From the NCBI GenBank assembly GCA_026025795.1, contig JAPEUG010000014.1, forward strand, positions 1 through 64,000: a stretch of DNA of 64,000 bases, in the 5' to 3' direction. This DNA is from Thelocarpon superellum (taxonomy: Eukaryota). The notes beneath the pieces are model-generated. The model had not been told where the DNA came from and made no database searches. It saw only the letters and a list, made by a program, of their open reading frames with translations. How positions within the stretch are numbered: the first letter of the stretch is position 1; every line of letters starts with the position of its first letter. Positions 24,882 through 37,833 of the stretch are shown piece after piece. A program made the position numbers and the translations under genes.

Positions 24882-27425
24882 TCAATCGCCCTCTCTCCAC
24901 GGTCGCGCCAGGCGGGGAAAGACTCGCTTGTAAAGACTCACGCCGACGGCATCCTGTGGATTGATCTTCGCGTCAAAGGTGGCCTTGAAGTAGCCATGGG
25001 TGCCAAGGCTCTCCTTGATGAACCCGCTTCGTCCCCGCTTCGTCCACAGCTGCAGCGCTTTGAACCAGTTCACGTCGTCCGCGTCGAAGAACATGTATCG
25101 GACCGTGACCAGTTTCTTGTGAATCTTGTAGGGATGGCCCGTGAGAATGACTCGCTTGGCGAGGACACGAGAGTTGTCCGACGGAAGATTGGTGCCACGT
25201 CCGATCAGCTCCAACCCGGGCGATTCAGGAGACCGGTCGCTGCGCTCGTCGCGTGATGCTCGTCGGAAGATCAACGCAGGCGCCGAGCCCCACGTCAATG
25301 GGGCGAGGAAGGTGGCGACCGCGGTGTGGCCGGGATGGAGATAGCGGGCGAACTTGTGCACGTTGTTCCGAGTGTGGCCCGGCTGCGAGAAGAGCGGATG
25401 GATGACCAGGCGCCGGGGTCCGCACTGAAGGATCAACTCCTCTTTGGACTTGACGGGCTGCGGGTACTCGGCGTTGAGCGTCACACTCATGTGGACGACC
25501 GTCTGCTTGTGCTCATGTCGAAGCAGCGAGAATAGCGTGAGCGGCATCGGCGACTTGCTATCACGCAACGCTCGTGGGACGTGTCGGAGATGGACGTGGA
25601 CACGGACGCCTGGCTGGAGGTGCTGTTAGCCATTGCCTGGCGGATGAGGGATCAAGCGCCCATACCTGAACGCCTCCTACCAAGGCTTCTCGGCTCGCCT
25701 GACTCCTTGATCCTTTGTAGTCGACCACATGGAGTAGTCGCCTCCATTCCGGCGGCTCATGTGCCCGGTCTTCATCCGTCTCCCATTTGCTGGTCCGCAG
25801 GCTCTTGAGACCTCGATACCGGGCCAAGCGCTCTCGCGCCAACACATGCGGATGGAGTTCGATCTCGTCGGGAAATTCGCGGTCGTCTTCCGCTTCCTTC
25901 TCCGTGCGCGATCGGAAGGCCGCCAGCGCTTCCGCTTCGTCCTCGGGCGCTGGATCGAGAAACATTTCCGACGGCTCCGACGGTGCGGTCTCCGTGGGTT
26001 CCGGCCGAGTCTGGCGATCGAGGCCTTCCACTCCGTCCTGTGGGAGAGAGGGAGGGAACATGGATACGTCGCCATCGTTGTCGAGCTTCTCCTCTTCGTC
26101 GGAGCCCGAGTCCGAGACATCATCCAGGAGCCAGGCGGCTTGGTAGGACGAAGTTCCTTTGGGAAGGCGCTTGGGTGGTGGGGGAATGTGGGTGTTGTCG
26201 TCGGAAAAGTAGTGATGGTCATCCAGCAGGACGCCCTTCCGATCAGACACGGCCTCCGATGCTGCCATCTCCTCCGCGTCGGCCATGATAATCTCCTCGC
26301 TGGCCAATTCATCCAGGCCGTCTTGGTCGTCGGTTGGCTGGGCCAGTGTCTCGTCCGCCGCCGCCACGTCGAGCCCCATCTTCTCCGTCCCGCTCGGGGG
26401 GATCTTGACCGGTGCTGCGGTGATCCTATCAATCTGATAGTCCCCCCAATCACCCAGATGTACTAGGCGATCAGGCTGGAGGCCTTTCCCTCGCACCACT
26501 CCCGTGACCACGAGCTCATCGGCGCGGGTAGCCTCCGGCCAGCAGAGATCTTCCACCAACATCCAGCTGCGTTCTTCCCTCCACCGAATACCCCTGGGTG
26601 TCGCCGTGCATATGGAGCGCATCAAGTTGGAGCATTCTTGCCGTGCGTCCAACGAGTAGAGTTTTTCCTGCGCTGGGAAGAAGTGATGGACGAAAGATTT
26701 CAAGGACGAGACAATCGGTGGACGACGCTTGGGGGGTTGAATCTGGTCAAGGCCCTAATGATTCTCAGCAATGGTGTGGGTCGCCCCTCCGAGCAATCTT
26801 ACCTGTATGACAAAGTCAACATTTGACACTCCCTGTCCCTCGACGGCTCGTAGCACGAGCTCTCCGACCTGGTCGACCTCGTGCTCGGCGGACAGCACAA
26901 ACATGACAAAGTCGGCCACTCGGCAGGCATCGAGCATCTGCACTAGGTCCCGGTCGGGATGGACATATTGGATACGCTGCTTGAAGCGATCCACCATGAC
27001 TCTTTGTATCCGGGACGACGAGGTACCGCCCGTAATATCCAGGCTCTCGTTGAGCCGTTCCACCGCCCGTGGCACCTCCACATCTTTACACAATGAGATG
27101 ACGGCAACGACGCGCGGCGCACCTTCTCGTCCTGCAAAGACACTGGTGGCCCGGTTCTTCTCCTGGTGCTTTAGCTGTTGCCTCTGTCGATTTTGGTTTC
27201 GGCGATCCAGCTTCGACATGACCTGTTGGTGCGGGGTCCGACGCTGGCCCTTTGCTCCCGTCTCCACCTTCCCTACAGATCTGTGAGACAGGTTCATCTT
27301 TGGAATGCATGTGACACACCCTTGGAAAGCTCTTTGAGCGTGTTCTTGGTCAAATGCCGAGACTTGAAGGGTTTGTGCGCGACCCTGGTGGTGTTTCGGT
27401 GGTGATGTGCCGTGGCCGGCGCCAT
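24882..27425 (-). CDS. TSR1: Pre-40S ribosome biogenesis protein Tsr1
   Basis: MAPATAHHHRNTTRVAHKPFKSRH, MSKLDRRNQ, EFPDEIEL, LARYRGLKSLRTS, KRVILTGHPYKIHKK, GFIKESLGTHGYFKATFD; three introns. Confidence 0.95.
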
Positions 27426-27726
27426 CGTTCCGCCTGCCTTGAACCGGTACGGCAGAGTCGCCAGATTGACGGCAGACTTCTCTCGGAGACGTTCTCCGAG
27501 ACCGGCCCGTTGTGGCGGCAATCCCTGATGGGATGGGAATGGCCGAGTGGTGGAGGTGTGCAGGCAGGCGGATGGCGAGACCAGAATTGGGATTGGGTCG
27601 TGGTGGGGGGGAAGTGCGGGCTCTCGCGAAAAACTGCCGTTTGGAGAACTGGAGGACTTCCGCCACACATTGAGGAGATCTGATCTCGAGCGGACATGCC
27701 CAGCTATTTCCCTCCACCCGCCCAAC

Positions 27727-29485
27727 ATGGAGCAAGCCGGCGAGCCCCCGGATGAGACGGCATTACCGACTCACCCTCCCCAGGCTCAAAAGACGCCACA
27801 GGATGCCGAGGCCATGGCCGCCAGGCAGCGTGAAGAGGCAGCACGAAAAACCTACGCCCGCGGCCGGAAGATTCCGACGCGGAGTGTCAAGGACAAGAAG
27901 CTACGCGGCAACCTGAAGGCGCTGGAGCTCAAGTACAAGCACGCCACGCTCAAAGCCAAAGATGCGGAGATCCTGCTCGAGAATGAAGCGGGCTTTCTCG
28001 AGCCCGAGGGCGAGCTGGACAAGACGTACCAGGTGCGACAAGACGACATCAAGCAGCACGTCAGCGTGGAAACGGCGCAGAAAGGATTTGACTTGCAGCT
28101 GGAGGAGATGGGTCCGTACGTGGCCGACTTTACTCGCCATGGTCGCGGCTTGTTGCTCGCCGGTCGCAGAGGTCATGTGGCCTCGATGGACTGGCGGAAT
28201 GGGAGCCTGAAATCCGAACTGCAACTCGGCGAGACCGTGCGGGACGCGAGATGGCTCCACAACGACCAGTACTATGCCGTGGCGCAGAAGAAGTATGTCT
28301 ACATCTACGACCATGCGGGGGTGGAGTTGCACTGTCTCAAGAAGCACGTTGAGGTCACTCACATGGAGTTTCTCCCGTATCACTTCCTCTTGGCCACGAT
28401 CGTGAGTCGTCTCCTCCTCTCCGTCCCTGCGACACGTGCATCCGCAGAAGCTCTGACACGCCAGTCAGGGCAACGCAGGATATCTCAAGTACACCGACAC
28501 GTCCATCGGCAACACCGTGATCGAGCTCCCTACACGCCTTGGCTCTCCGACCGCGATGACGCAGAACCCGCACAACGCCATCCTGCACGTCGGACATCAG
28601 AACGGCACGGTGACGCTGTGGTCGCCCAACTCCACCACGCCCCTCGTCAAGATGCTCACGCACCGTGGTCCCGTACGATCCCTCGCCGTCGACCGCGGCG
28701 GACGCTACATGGTCTCGACCGGGCAAGACCTGCGCATGGCCGTGTGGGACATCCGCATGTACCGCGAGGTCTCCAACTACTTCCTACGACAGCCCGGTAC
28801 CTCCGTGGCCATCAGCGACCGCGGTCTCATGGCCGTCGGATGGGGCACGCAAGTATCAATCTGGAAGGGGCTCTTCGACACCATCACCACGTCTGGCTCG
28901 TCCAGCTGCGGCATGGAAAAGGTGCAAAGCCCCTATATGGCGTGGGGGGGCGCGGGCCGGTCCATCTCACGCGTGCGCTGGTGTCCTTTTGAGGACATCC
29001 TGGGCGTATCCCACGCGCAGGGCTTCTCAACGGTCATCGTGCCCGGCGCGGGCGAAGCCAACTTTGACGCATTGGAAGCCAATCCCTACGAAAACACCAA
29101 ACAGCGCCAAGAAGCCGAGGTGAAGGCGCTGCTCAACAAGCTCCAGCCCGAGATGATCTCCTTGGACCCCAACTACATTGGCAAGCTGGACCAAGCGAGC
29201 GCGGCGCAGCGCGCGCAGGAGAAGAACCTGGACCGTCCCGCCCCGGCCGCGACGGAGAACGAAGCCCTCGAGAGACTGAAGAAGCGCGGACGGGGGAAGA
29301 ATAGCAGTCTGAGAAAGTACCTGCGTAAGCGCGGGGGGAAGAACATCGTAGATGAGAAACGCCTGCGCGTGGAGGCGCTCCGCAAGGACCAGCTACGCAA
29401 GCAGCGCGTTGGTCGTACGCAGCGCGAGGAGGTCCTTGGGCCGGCGCTGTCACGGTTCGCGAGGGGGGGAGGCATGACGGGGTAG
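27727..29485 (+). CDS. UTP7: U3 snoRNP / SSU processome WD40 protein Utp7
   Basis: LLENEAGFLEPEGELDKTY, AVAQKKYVYIYD, EFLPYHFLLAT|GNAG, GHQNGTVTLWSPN, VPGAGEANFDALEANPYE, EVKALLNKLQPEMI; intron 28402-28468. Confidence 0.95.
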
Positions 29486-29799
29486 GGAAGGGGGAATCTG
29501 GCCGGCTTGCCTGCCTCCTCCTTTTCTTTGTATGTGTGTATACAGTGGATGGGGGACGAGCCATGTTGCGAGGATTGCGTTGATTGACTGGGTGATTGAT
29601 TCATGGATTGATTCTTCTCATACCCGCATCACGAACCACCTGTCCCACCTATCCAATCCTATCCTATCCTATACATTCCTTTCCTATCCCTTCCTTCCTA
29701 TCGTCCACAACACGGGACGAGAAGTGGAAGAGAAGACGAGGAAAGACGAGAAGGCACGGAACAGCTGCGTGCAGTAGTGATAGTACAACATACCGCGGG

Positions 29800-29844
29800 A
29801 GAAGAAGAAGAAGAAGAAGAAGAAGAAGAAGAAGAAGAAGAAGA
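29800..29844. repeat. (GAA)n microsatellite, about 15 units
   Basis: Uninterrupted agaagaaga... run. Confidence 0.95.
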
Positions 29845-30211
29845 CAAAGGCAGGACAGGAGTAGGAAGAAAAAGAGGAAGAAAATAAGAAAGGAAGATAG
29901 GTAGGAGAGGAGAGGAGAGGAGTGGAGGAACGAAGATATTAGACTATTTTCGCCGTTGCTGCACCGCCACTCACTCACGCACTCACTCCCATACTTCGCA
30001 CCCGCACTGACACATACACATGCACATACACGCACTATGCGTCTTGTGGTGTCTCCGAACTGACTGATTCCTAGTTCCTAGTTCCTACTCCCCCCTTTCC
30101 CAGTTCCCCGACGACTCCGACCGAGGGAGAGGGCGAGTTGCTTCGCCACGTGCACACCTAGACACGTACCCGTACACGTACAAGCTCACACACAGCGACA
30201 GGGTCCTGGTA

Positions 30212-30230
30212 ACGACGACGACGATGATGT

Positions 30231-30267
<37 letters not shown>

Positions 30268-30292
30268 AATCATGACGACGATGGTGATGATG
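30212..30292. repeat. (GAT/GAC)n microsatellite
   Basis: acgacgacgacgatgatgttgatgatgat... run. Confidence 0.9.
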
Positions 30293-30543
30293 AGAGGAAG
30301 AAAAAAGGATGGAAACATCAAGAGACAGCTGGGAAGGAAAACGGCAAGAAAAAGAACGCCCCGCTGGACACTGGATATTGTAGAGAGCCACCCGAGCCGA
30401 TTGGACGCAATTCAAATCGAGATGTGTGAGAACCGGGGAGGAGGGTTCGGAGAGAGAGAGAATGGCGGTTGGCGAGAGGAAGAGTGAGGGAGTGAGAGGA
30501 GGATGGAGAGAAAGATGGAGAAGCAGAGTGGGGAAGCGCGGCG

Positions 30544-32021
30544 TCATGAGGGATTGCCCTTCTGCCGCTTGCCGCCGACGCGAGGACTGGCTTTGACTTT
30601 AGACCCGGAGCCAGGAGCAGAGGTGCCATTGACCTCGACCGCGCCACCGCCGTCGTCGCCTTCCGTCTTGACGCCGCTCGGCCGTCGGCGTTTGTTGGGC
30701 ACGTTGGGACTGGTGCTCACGCTGTTGCCCTGGCTGCTGTTGGTGCCCTGCTGGCTCGCTTGCGCCATGAGGCCGGGGGCTTGCATGCTGTTGTTGGCCG
30801 CCGCCGGGCTCGATTGGTTGCCGACGTGCGGCGACCCGGGGAGGTTGAGATGCGACATGGCGGGCGAGGCGCTGAGAGGGAATTGGCCGCTCATGGAGAC
30901 GGTATTGGGGAGCCCGGTGGATGGAGGCAGGGGAGGCGGGGCGTTGAAGGGTGGCGGAAAGGAGGCCCCCGGCCCGGACGTCGATTGGAAGTGGTTGACG
31001 AGCTGGGTGAGCGCGTCAAACGGAGTGATGTGAGAGTTTTGCTGCGAGAAGCTGAAGAGCGGTTGCATCTGCGAGATGGTTTCCGCAATCTGGGCCAGGT
31101 CAGAAGGAGACGGAGGTGGGAGGGCAGGGCAGGAGCAAACCTCGAGAAACTTCAACACTTCGTTCGTCACGCCGTAGTCGTTGACTTGTGATTCGGGGAG
31201 GGTGATGGGCGGCGGAGGCGGTGGTCGTTGTTGCGCCTTTTGCTTGCCCGTCGACTTGGTCATCTTCGGCGACTGCTTCAGCTCCGGGGACTCGTGGGGA
31301 GAGACGAGGGCCTTGATCTGGCCACGCGGGAGAAACTCCTTGTGGTCGTGGGTGACAAAGTCCAACACGTCGATCTTGGAGTTGGAGTCGAATTGTGCGC
31401 GGAGCGTGCCGGACGAGATGACCTGCGGACGTCAGCATGACTCCGGGCCAGTCTGGCGCGAAACGTACCTGGGTCCCGTTGTCGAACCAATAGATGAAGC
31501 TGGCTTTGGAACTCTCCACGTGGTGGCAGTTATTGGGCAGCTCCTTTTCTCGCGCGTTCTCGAGGATCATCTGGATGTTTCGCACCCCACTCCCAAAGTG
31601 TGTGCAGTAATAGCGTGGCAAGGCGGGAGTGGAGATCTCGTACTGTTTGGTGGAGTGATCCGACGAGTGCCACAGTTGTTGTCGTGACACCCCCACGTTG
31701 GAGAAGAAGCGGTCCACGAAGCGCTGCCAGTAACCCAGGTCGCCCGGTTTGCGTGTCGGCTGTCGATCGTCAGGAATGGCACTCCCGCCGCGAACGCGAG
31801 AGACCCTACCGTGAACTGTCCCAGATGGTCACCAAACTGCAGCATCTGGAGGACAAAGGTGCCTTTCAACTGCATCTGCTGCTGGCGCGTCTGCATCGAT
31901 GGCGAAGTCGCAGCATTCTGTTGCTGCGCTTGCTGCTGCTGTTGCTGCGCTTGCTGCTGCTGCTGCTGCTGCTGTTGCTGCTGTTGCTGCTGTTGCTGAT
32001 GCTGATGCTGCTGCTGCTGCT

Positions 32022-32058
<37 letters not shown>

Positions 32059-32967
32059 CTGGGCCTGCTGTTCTGCTTGCTGCTGCGCCTGCGCCTGCGC
32101 CTGCGCCTGCTGCTTTTGCTGCTGGGCCGCGGCCATTGCTTGCGCATTTGGCATGCCCGGAGTGGGCGGTTGCGGTCCCTGCGGAAAGGCCTGCGGACCG
32201 CCCGTGGCACTGGCGTTGACGTGAGAAGCCGCACCAACTTGTTGCATCGCGAGCTGTTGTGCAAGCATCTGTTGGTGTTGGTGTTGCTGCTGTTGCTGCT
32301 GCTGCTGTTGTTGCTGCTGCTGGGCGGCAAGCTGCTGCTGCTGCTGCATATGCTGTGGTAAGGTGACCGATCGGAGAGCCGGGTTGTTCTGTATGGCCGC
32401 GAACTGGGCAGCGCTGATGTTCGGATTGGCGCCGTTGGGGAGGGAGACGGGCATGCCACCATTTTGCTGGGACTGCATCAAAGCCTGTTGCTGCTGCCGT
32501 TGTCGAAACAGCTGTTGCTGTTGATGCTGCTGCAGGAGTTGAGGGTTGTTGGCGTCTGCGATGACGAGCCAGGCGTCAGCAATCTACGGACAGGCGCAAC
32601 GGATGGTACACTTACATGTCTGTTGCAGGATTTGCGCCTGTTGGTGCTGCGCCTGCTGTTGTTGCTGTTGCTGAAAGATCTGCGCCTGCCCCGGATTCAG
32701 GTGTGACAGCGCGTGCGCACTCGGCCCTCCCGCCCCAGGCCCGGTGGATCCAGGACCGGAGGCTCCGGGGGGCATCGCGCCCATGGTAGGCGCACCGGGT
32801 GCGAGCGGTGCCCCACCCGGACCGGACGCGCCCGGGTGCATTGGGGGGGCGACACCGGGGGCCGCACCGGGAGGATTGGATGGGTGGCCCGAAGGCATGG
32901 GGTGACCCGGCGCTAGACCCGGATGTTGCTGCAAGGCCGCCGGATGGGGGGCAAATGCTTGCGCCAT
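30544..32967 (-). CDS. LIM-domain-binding (Ldb1/SEUSS-like) transcriptional co-regulator, PtaB/Mfg1-like, poly-Q rich
   Basis: MAQAFAPHPAALQQHPG..., long poly-Q tracts, LQMLQFGDHLG, FVDRFFS, KQYEISTPALPRYY, FIYWFDNGTQ, ITLPESQVNDYGVTNEVLKFLE|IAETISQMQPLF, NKRRR NLS; four introns. Confidence 0.85.
31870..32350 (-). repeat. Coding (CAG/CAA)n poly-glutamine tracts
   Basis: Long ctg/ttg runs on the + strand within the PtaB-like CDS. Confidence 0.9.
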
Positions 32968-35005
32968 GCTGCTTATCACGACCTATCGGTCGAGGGCGGA
33001 GGGCGATGGGGCAACGATGTGGGCAAAGAGGAGGGAGGTGTAATCTCAGAGACGGGCCGCCGGGGGCCGGGAAGGTGCTCGGATCAGATGGTCGGGTGCG
33101 TGCGAGACCAGTCGTCGATGTTGAAGCGCCCCCGTGCGGCCAAGGTCAATCCACACGCCGCCGTCCTTGCGATGCCGATCGAGCCAATGCACGCGGACAT
33201 CCACGATGCCGTCGAGATAAGGGAGGAGGAGGAGGAGGGTAACGCGCAAGCGCACGTTCCGGGTCGCCACCGGTGGATGCGTACTCGAGCAAGCCGGTAC
33301 CAGGTCGAGCACGATGGGGCGCGGGTGTTGGGCGGCGGCGACGGCGAAGAGTCGACGACAGCACGTCGTACAGCCTCTCTACACGCCCACACACGCCCAC
33401 ACACGCCCACACGCAACACGAACACACACACACGCACACGTCGATCACGACTTCACACGAGGCGGTCCGAGAGCACGAGCTCGTCCGGTCCTCCTGGCGG
33501 CCACAAGGAAGGAGTGACGGCGGCGTGGCAGGGTCCAGAGGCCCAGATCGAAACAACAATCGGTCGCGCGAGGCGTAGCGGAAACAGAAGCGGAAGCGAG
33601 AGCGAACGGGAACGAGCCAAATGCGCGAAATATCGGCGGAGAAGGGGAGAAGGGGGACGAATGAAGCATCAAGACGGCGACAGGGTGGTGCCCATGATGA
33701 GGATGGGGGGCAGGGCGATAGCCCGAGGGAGGACGTGGTCGAGAAGAGATGGCCGCAAACCTGGATGGCCGGCCGCAATTGCAATGGAGATGGGGGGGTG
33801 CCGATAATAATTTGCCCGCGCTCCAGCGTTCGCGGCGCGCGGAGTACGGAAGTCGACAGCGAGCATCGCGGCGCTGGGGACCTTGGTCGAGGTGGAGCAA
33901 GGGAGCGGTCGGCCAGCAGACGCTAGGCTACGGCGGCCCAGAGGTCGGCCGCGCGAAAGCCGGTGGCTGGTTGGCTCCGTGGCCCAGGTCGGTCTGGCAT
34001 GCCGTAGCACAAATTTCATGAGACTTGATCCGTGCGAAATATCATCGACCTCTCCTTCGCCCGCATACTGACCATCTCCTGCCGTGGCCATCCTTCCGGC
34101 ATCCATCCATGGCTGCACGGACGCGATGCTCCGTCGGGAGGCTCACGGACCGGTGTGCCTGTGATCGACACTGATGTAAGTCGCATTCCTTGTCGCTCCG
34201 GGCCCTCCTGGTCCGCTCCATCTCCTCCGTCTGGCACGATGACATCCCACAAAAGTCTTCTTTTCCCAGCTGAATCGACCATGAAGAGTCCAATCTTCCG
34301 GGACGGTCGGTCTTTGGACCGGCTGGCCTGCTACTTGCCAGTATACCTTGTCTGACCATGACCATCGCTCCGCCGCGTTCTCGTCTGATTCTGCGTGGCT
34401 CACGAGGCTGACGCGGTTCTGCAATGACAGGAATAGGTGATGTGACCGATCCATCTCGCGTACGTTACACCACCACCACAGACAGATGGTCAGTCCACCC
34501 ACCGGACTCTCTCCCTCCCTCTTCCTCTTTGCTGCCCCCTCTTCATGATGAAAACATCCGAAAACATTCGCAGTTTCCACGCTAGTCCTCGCCTGAACCC
34601 AATTCAGAGGACGCTGAGCGATGAATTAGCCTTCTTTGGATGTCTGATTACCTCCTTCTGCTCCCGTCGTGCACGATCCAAACCCATTCGCGAGGAGCCG
34701 CGTGCTGACCTGGTGCCCCCATCGTCACAGGTTGTATATGTAGCCCTAGGTAGACTGGCAGTCATACGCCACAATTCATGGTGGAAAGTACAAGGTCTAT
34801 TGGCTCGGCCCAAGTTGAAGCCCGCGAATCTATGTACATACCAGCCCACGACGGTCAAACCTTGCCAGATGAGTGCCTCGTAGACGCCATGCACCGCACC
34901 TCCCATGTAACCTAATCCATCTCCGCCTTCCAGCCCATACCCTGATCATCTCCCGACGAAAACTCGCCCCAGCCAGCTCGACGACGCAGAGAAACGTCCA
35001 TGCGC

Positions 35006-37675
35006 TCACAGTCGAGTCCCATTCCAGCCCATGTCATCCATCTTGCCCATGCGACCATTCGGCGTCGACGTAGGCGTAGGACTCCCTGCCCCGCGACCCG
35101 CATCACCACCCGCCCCAACACCCCCATTTCCATGTCCATCTCCCATACCGCCGCCGCCGCCGAATCCATTGATCGTCCGGGTGGCAGTCCCGGGGCTCGG
35201 GCCCGGTACAACCCTGGTCCCCACAAAGCCGCGCCGGTTCCGGCCCGTGCGGCCGCGGCCCAGCCAGTTGAGCTTCAGCGTCTTGGCCAGGCCTTCCATC
35301 TTCGACTGCGCCTCGGCGTCGGCGTTGCTCTGCACGGACCCGAGCACGGCCACGCACTGCAGCATGCGGCCTACCGTCTCCGTGATGCGCGCGCTGTCGG
35401 GTGCGGCGTCGGCGTTGGCGCCGCCGGCGGCCGATGGAGGCGGCAGCGGCGGCAGCGGCGCCATCCAGCTGGGTGCGAAGGGGGGTCGAGACCGTGGCGA
35501 GGACGAGTCGCCGAGGGACGACGGCGGGCCCCCAAACGCCGACGACGTGTTGCTGGTGGCGCGGCTGCGGGCGCCAAAGCTGGCGCCGGACTCGCCGAGC
35601 AGCGTGCTGCCTTGTGAGTTGTAGCTCGCCAGCCCCGGGTCCAGACTCATGGCCGTGCCGGGGCGGGCGCTGAGTGGGTCAGGGGTCGGCCCGCGGAGGG
35701 CGTCGGGGGGCGTGGCGGCCGTGGGACCGCCGTGGATGCTCTCGAGGCTCAGACGCGAGAAGATGGCTTTTAAGGTGTCGTGCCGGGGCAGGATCACCGC
35801 ATCTCGGTAGGCTAGGAGCACCAGCCTTCGCACATCGAGCGCGTCGCCCAGTCCTCGGTCGGCGTCCATCTCGGCGCCCCAGAACTCGGCCGCGTCGCGT
35901 GCGCTCAGAAGTGGCCCATGGCCGCGAAACTCGAGGTCCAAGGGCAGGAAGACGGCCTGGAGATAGGGGAGGATGGTGCCAAAGACCACCAGCCACATAT
36001 CCACCAGGGCCCGCACCAGCCGCTCGTCCGGGACGGCGCGCAGCGTCTGGTCCAAGTATCCAAAGCCCGTGGCGAGGAGGTCGCGGAGGTCGTCCACCAT
36101 CAAGCCCGGTGCTCGCTTCTGGATGCAGCGCTGCAGATGCGTACTGACGAGCCGCGTAAGATCCTCGACGGGCACCCGTAGATCCTCGCCCTGGAAAAGC
36201 ACGAGCAGGGTGGCGCGCAGAAACGGCCAGGAGTCGTCGGCCGGCGGGCCGGAGGCTGGCAGTCCCGGTAGGCCGAGCGCATCATGAAACGAGCTGGCCA
36301 CGGGGTGGTGGGGAAGGAGGAGGCCCCCGGCCGCAGGACTGAACAGAGCGCCGCCACCCGCGCCATCGCGTGAGGGTCCTGGCCACTCTGATCCCGGATC
36401 GGTCGTCTCGTGGGCCGACGCCTTCTCCTCGCGCTTCTTCTCCCGCAGCGCACGACCACCGTGCCGCAGATCGAGGCCGCTCACAGACTTGGCAAAGGTC
36501 GTCGTGGCCGGACTCGGGGTCGAGGGGGCAAAGGAATAGAGTGACTGCGGCGCACTCGGATCCAGCGGCTTGGAATTGGACGAGGCGGATGACAGGGGAA
36601 GGTGGTGGTCGTCCTTCACCTTGTGCTTTTGTCGCGACAAGAAATGATGCTTGGGCCGCTCTCCGCCACTGCCTTTCTCCTGGTTGGGCACGAGCGTGGC
36701 CGTCGAGGGATGAGCGCTGCTATAGATGGAGGTGTTGCTGCTGGACGCCATCGGGTCGGTCAAGCTCGTGGATGATGCGCTGGTCAGCCGTGGAAAGGGG
36801 CTGCCGCCAAAAGACTTGTTGGGCGACGGCAAAGGCCGATCTTTGGCGTCGAGCTCGCCCTTAGTGATGCCGATACTCTTCGGCTTGGAGAAGAGCTTCA
36901 TCTTGGACTTTTCGGGCTTGGCTTTCGGCACCGGTGGCACGACGGGATCAGGTGGAGCATGGCCCGGTGACGTGTGGGTGGCGCGGGGATAAGCCGCGTT
37001 CGCCGCCGTGGCAGCCGCGATGGAGGAGCCTACGAGAGGCCCATGGACGAGGGGGAAGCCATTCGACGTCGTCGGTCCGACCTGGATCGGCGTCGGCACC
37101 GCTGGCTTCCGCGCTCCCCTGGCGCGATCTGGCGGCGACTGCGGGCTCGGGGTGGTCTGTGAGCGCTTGCGGAGGTGCTGTGGCGAGGACTGATTTTGCA
37201 TGGCGGCTTGTGCGGCAATCTGCGATGCGTTCAGCGGCGCCATCTGGAGCTGATGATTCGCCGTCGGGAGCGAGGGCTCGAAGAAGCCTTGCGAGTGGTT
37301 CCCCTGCGAGTGGTGGTGGCCGTGGTGAGGCGGGTGCGTGATGGACGAGGCTTGCACCGTCAAGGGCGATGGCCCTCGTGGCGTGCCATCGCTCGAGTGC
37401 ACGTGGGCGATGGAGGGCCGGGAGAAGTTCTGTGCCGGCGGCGCGTGGCCCCATGCGTGAGGGGTGGTGGGACGGGCCCCGCGCGAGGCATTCGCCGTCG
37501 GACCGGGGGCCGGAGCAAAGGGAGAGCGCCGTAGAGAGGCCTGAGGCGTGGTCTGAGACGAGGAGGAGGAGTCGCTGGAGGAGGATGGAGAGCGGCGCGG
37601 TTGTGACAGGGAGCGCGAATGGTTGGACTGCGCCGGCAAATTGGTGCCCGGCGGCGGGCGAGCGGCCGAATGCAT
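35006..37675 (-). CDS. BIT61: TORC2 subunit Bit61/PRR5 family (HbrB domain) protein
   Basis: Single ORF from MHSAARPPPG; HbrB core DDSWPFL...LFQGEDLRVPVEDLTRLV...WLVVFGTILPYLQAVFLPLDLEF...YRDAVILP...RMLQC; LKLNWLGRGRTGRNRRGFVG. Confidence 0.88.
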   Translation of the reverse strand: MHSAARPPPGTNLPAQSNHSRSLSQPRRSPSSSSDSSSSSQTTPQASLRRSPFAPAPGPTANASRGARPTTPHAWGHAPPAQNFSRPSIAHVHSSDGTPRGPSPLTVQASSITHPPHHGHHHSQGNHSQGFFEPSLPTANHQLQMAPLNASQIAAQAAMQNQSSPQHLRKRSQTTPSPQSPPDRARGARKPAVPTPIQVGPTTSNGFPLVHGPLVGSSIAAATAANAAYPRATHTSPGHAPPDPVVPPVPKAKPEKSKMKLFSKPKSIGITKGELDAKDRPLPSPNKSFGGSPFPRLTSASSTSLTDPMASSSNTSIYSSAHPSTATLVPNQEKGSGGERPKHHFLSRQKHKVKDDHHLPLSSASSNSKPLDPSAPQSLYSFAPSTPSPATTTFAKSVSGLDLRHGGRALREKKREEKASAHETTDPGSEWPGPSRDGAGGGALFSPAAGGLLLPHHPVASSFHDALGLPGLPASGPPADDSWPFLRATLLVLFQGEDLRVPVEDLTRLVSTHLQRCIQKRAPGLMVDDLRDLLATGFGYLDQTLRAVPDERLVRALVDMWLVVFGTILPYLQAVFLPLDLEFRGHGPLLSARDAAEFWGAEMDADRGLGDALDVRRLVLLAYRDAVILPRHDTLKAIFSRLSLESIHGGPTAATPPDALRGPTPDPLSARPGTAMSLDPGLASYNSQGSTLLGESGASFGARSRATSNTSSAFGGPPSSLGDSSSPRSRPPFAPSWMAPLPPLPPPSAAGGANADAAPDSARITETVGRMLQCVAVLGSVQSNADAEAQSKMEGLAKTLKLNWLGRGRTGRNRRGFVGTRVVPGPSPGTATRTINGFGGGGGMGDGHGNGGVGAGGDAGRGAGSPTPTSTPNGRMGKMDDMGWNGTRL

Positions 37676-37833
37676 TTCACGAGCCCGCAGGTGGTCACAT
37701 CCCACCGTGTAAGTGTATACATCGACGGACGCGGACAGCCGCGGGCATGGTGGGGCGACGGGTGAGCGTGAAGGAGCTCTTGACAGTCTCGCGCCAGGGG
37801 AAGTTGGGGACAGTCGAGGAATGAGGACGACGC

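Noticed and set aside
29664..30547. Poly-L, poly-I, poly-M, poly-H and poly-R ORFs
   Set aside because: Translations of GAA and GAT microsatellites in a convergent intergenic/UTR region
32923..33807. 294-aa + strand ORF
   Set aside because: Low-complexity, TTG start, antisense to the presumed PtaB leader, no domain
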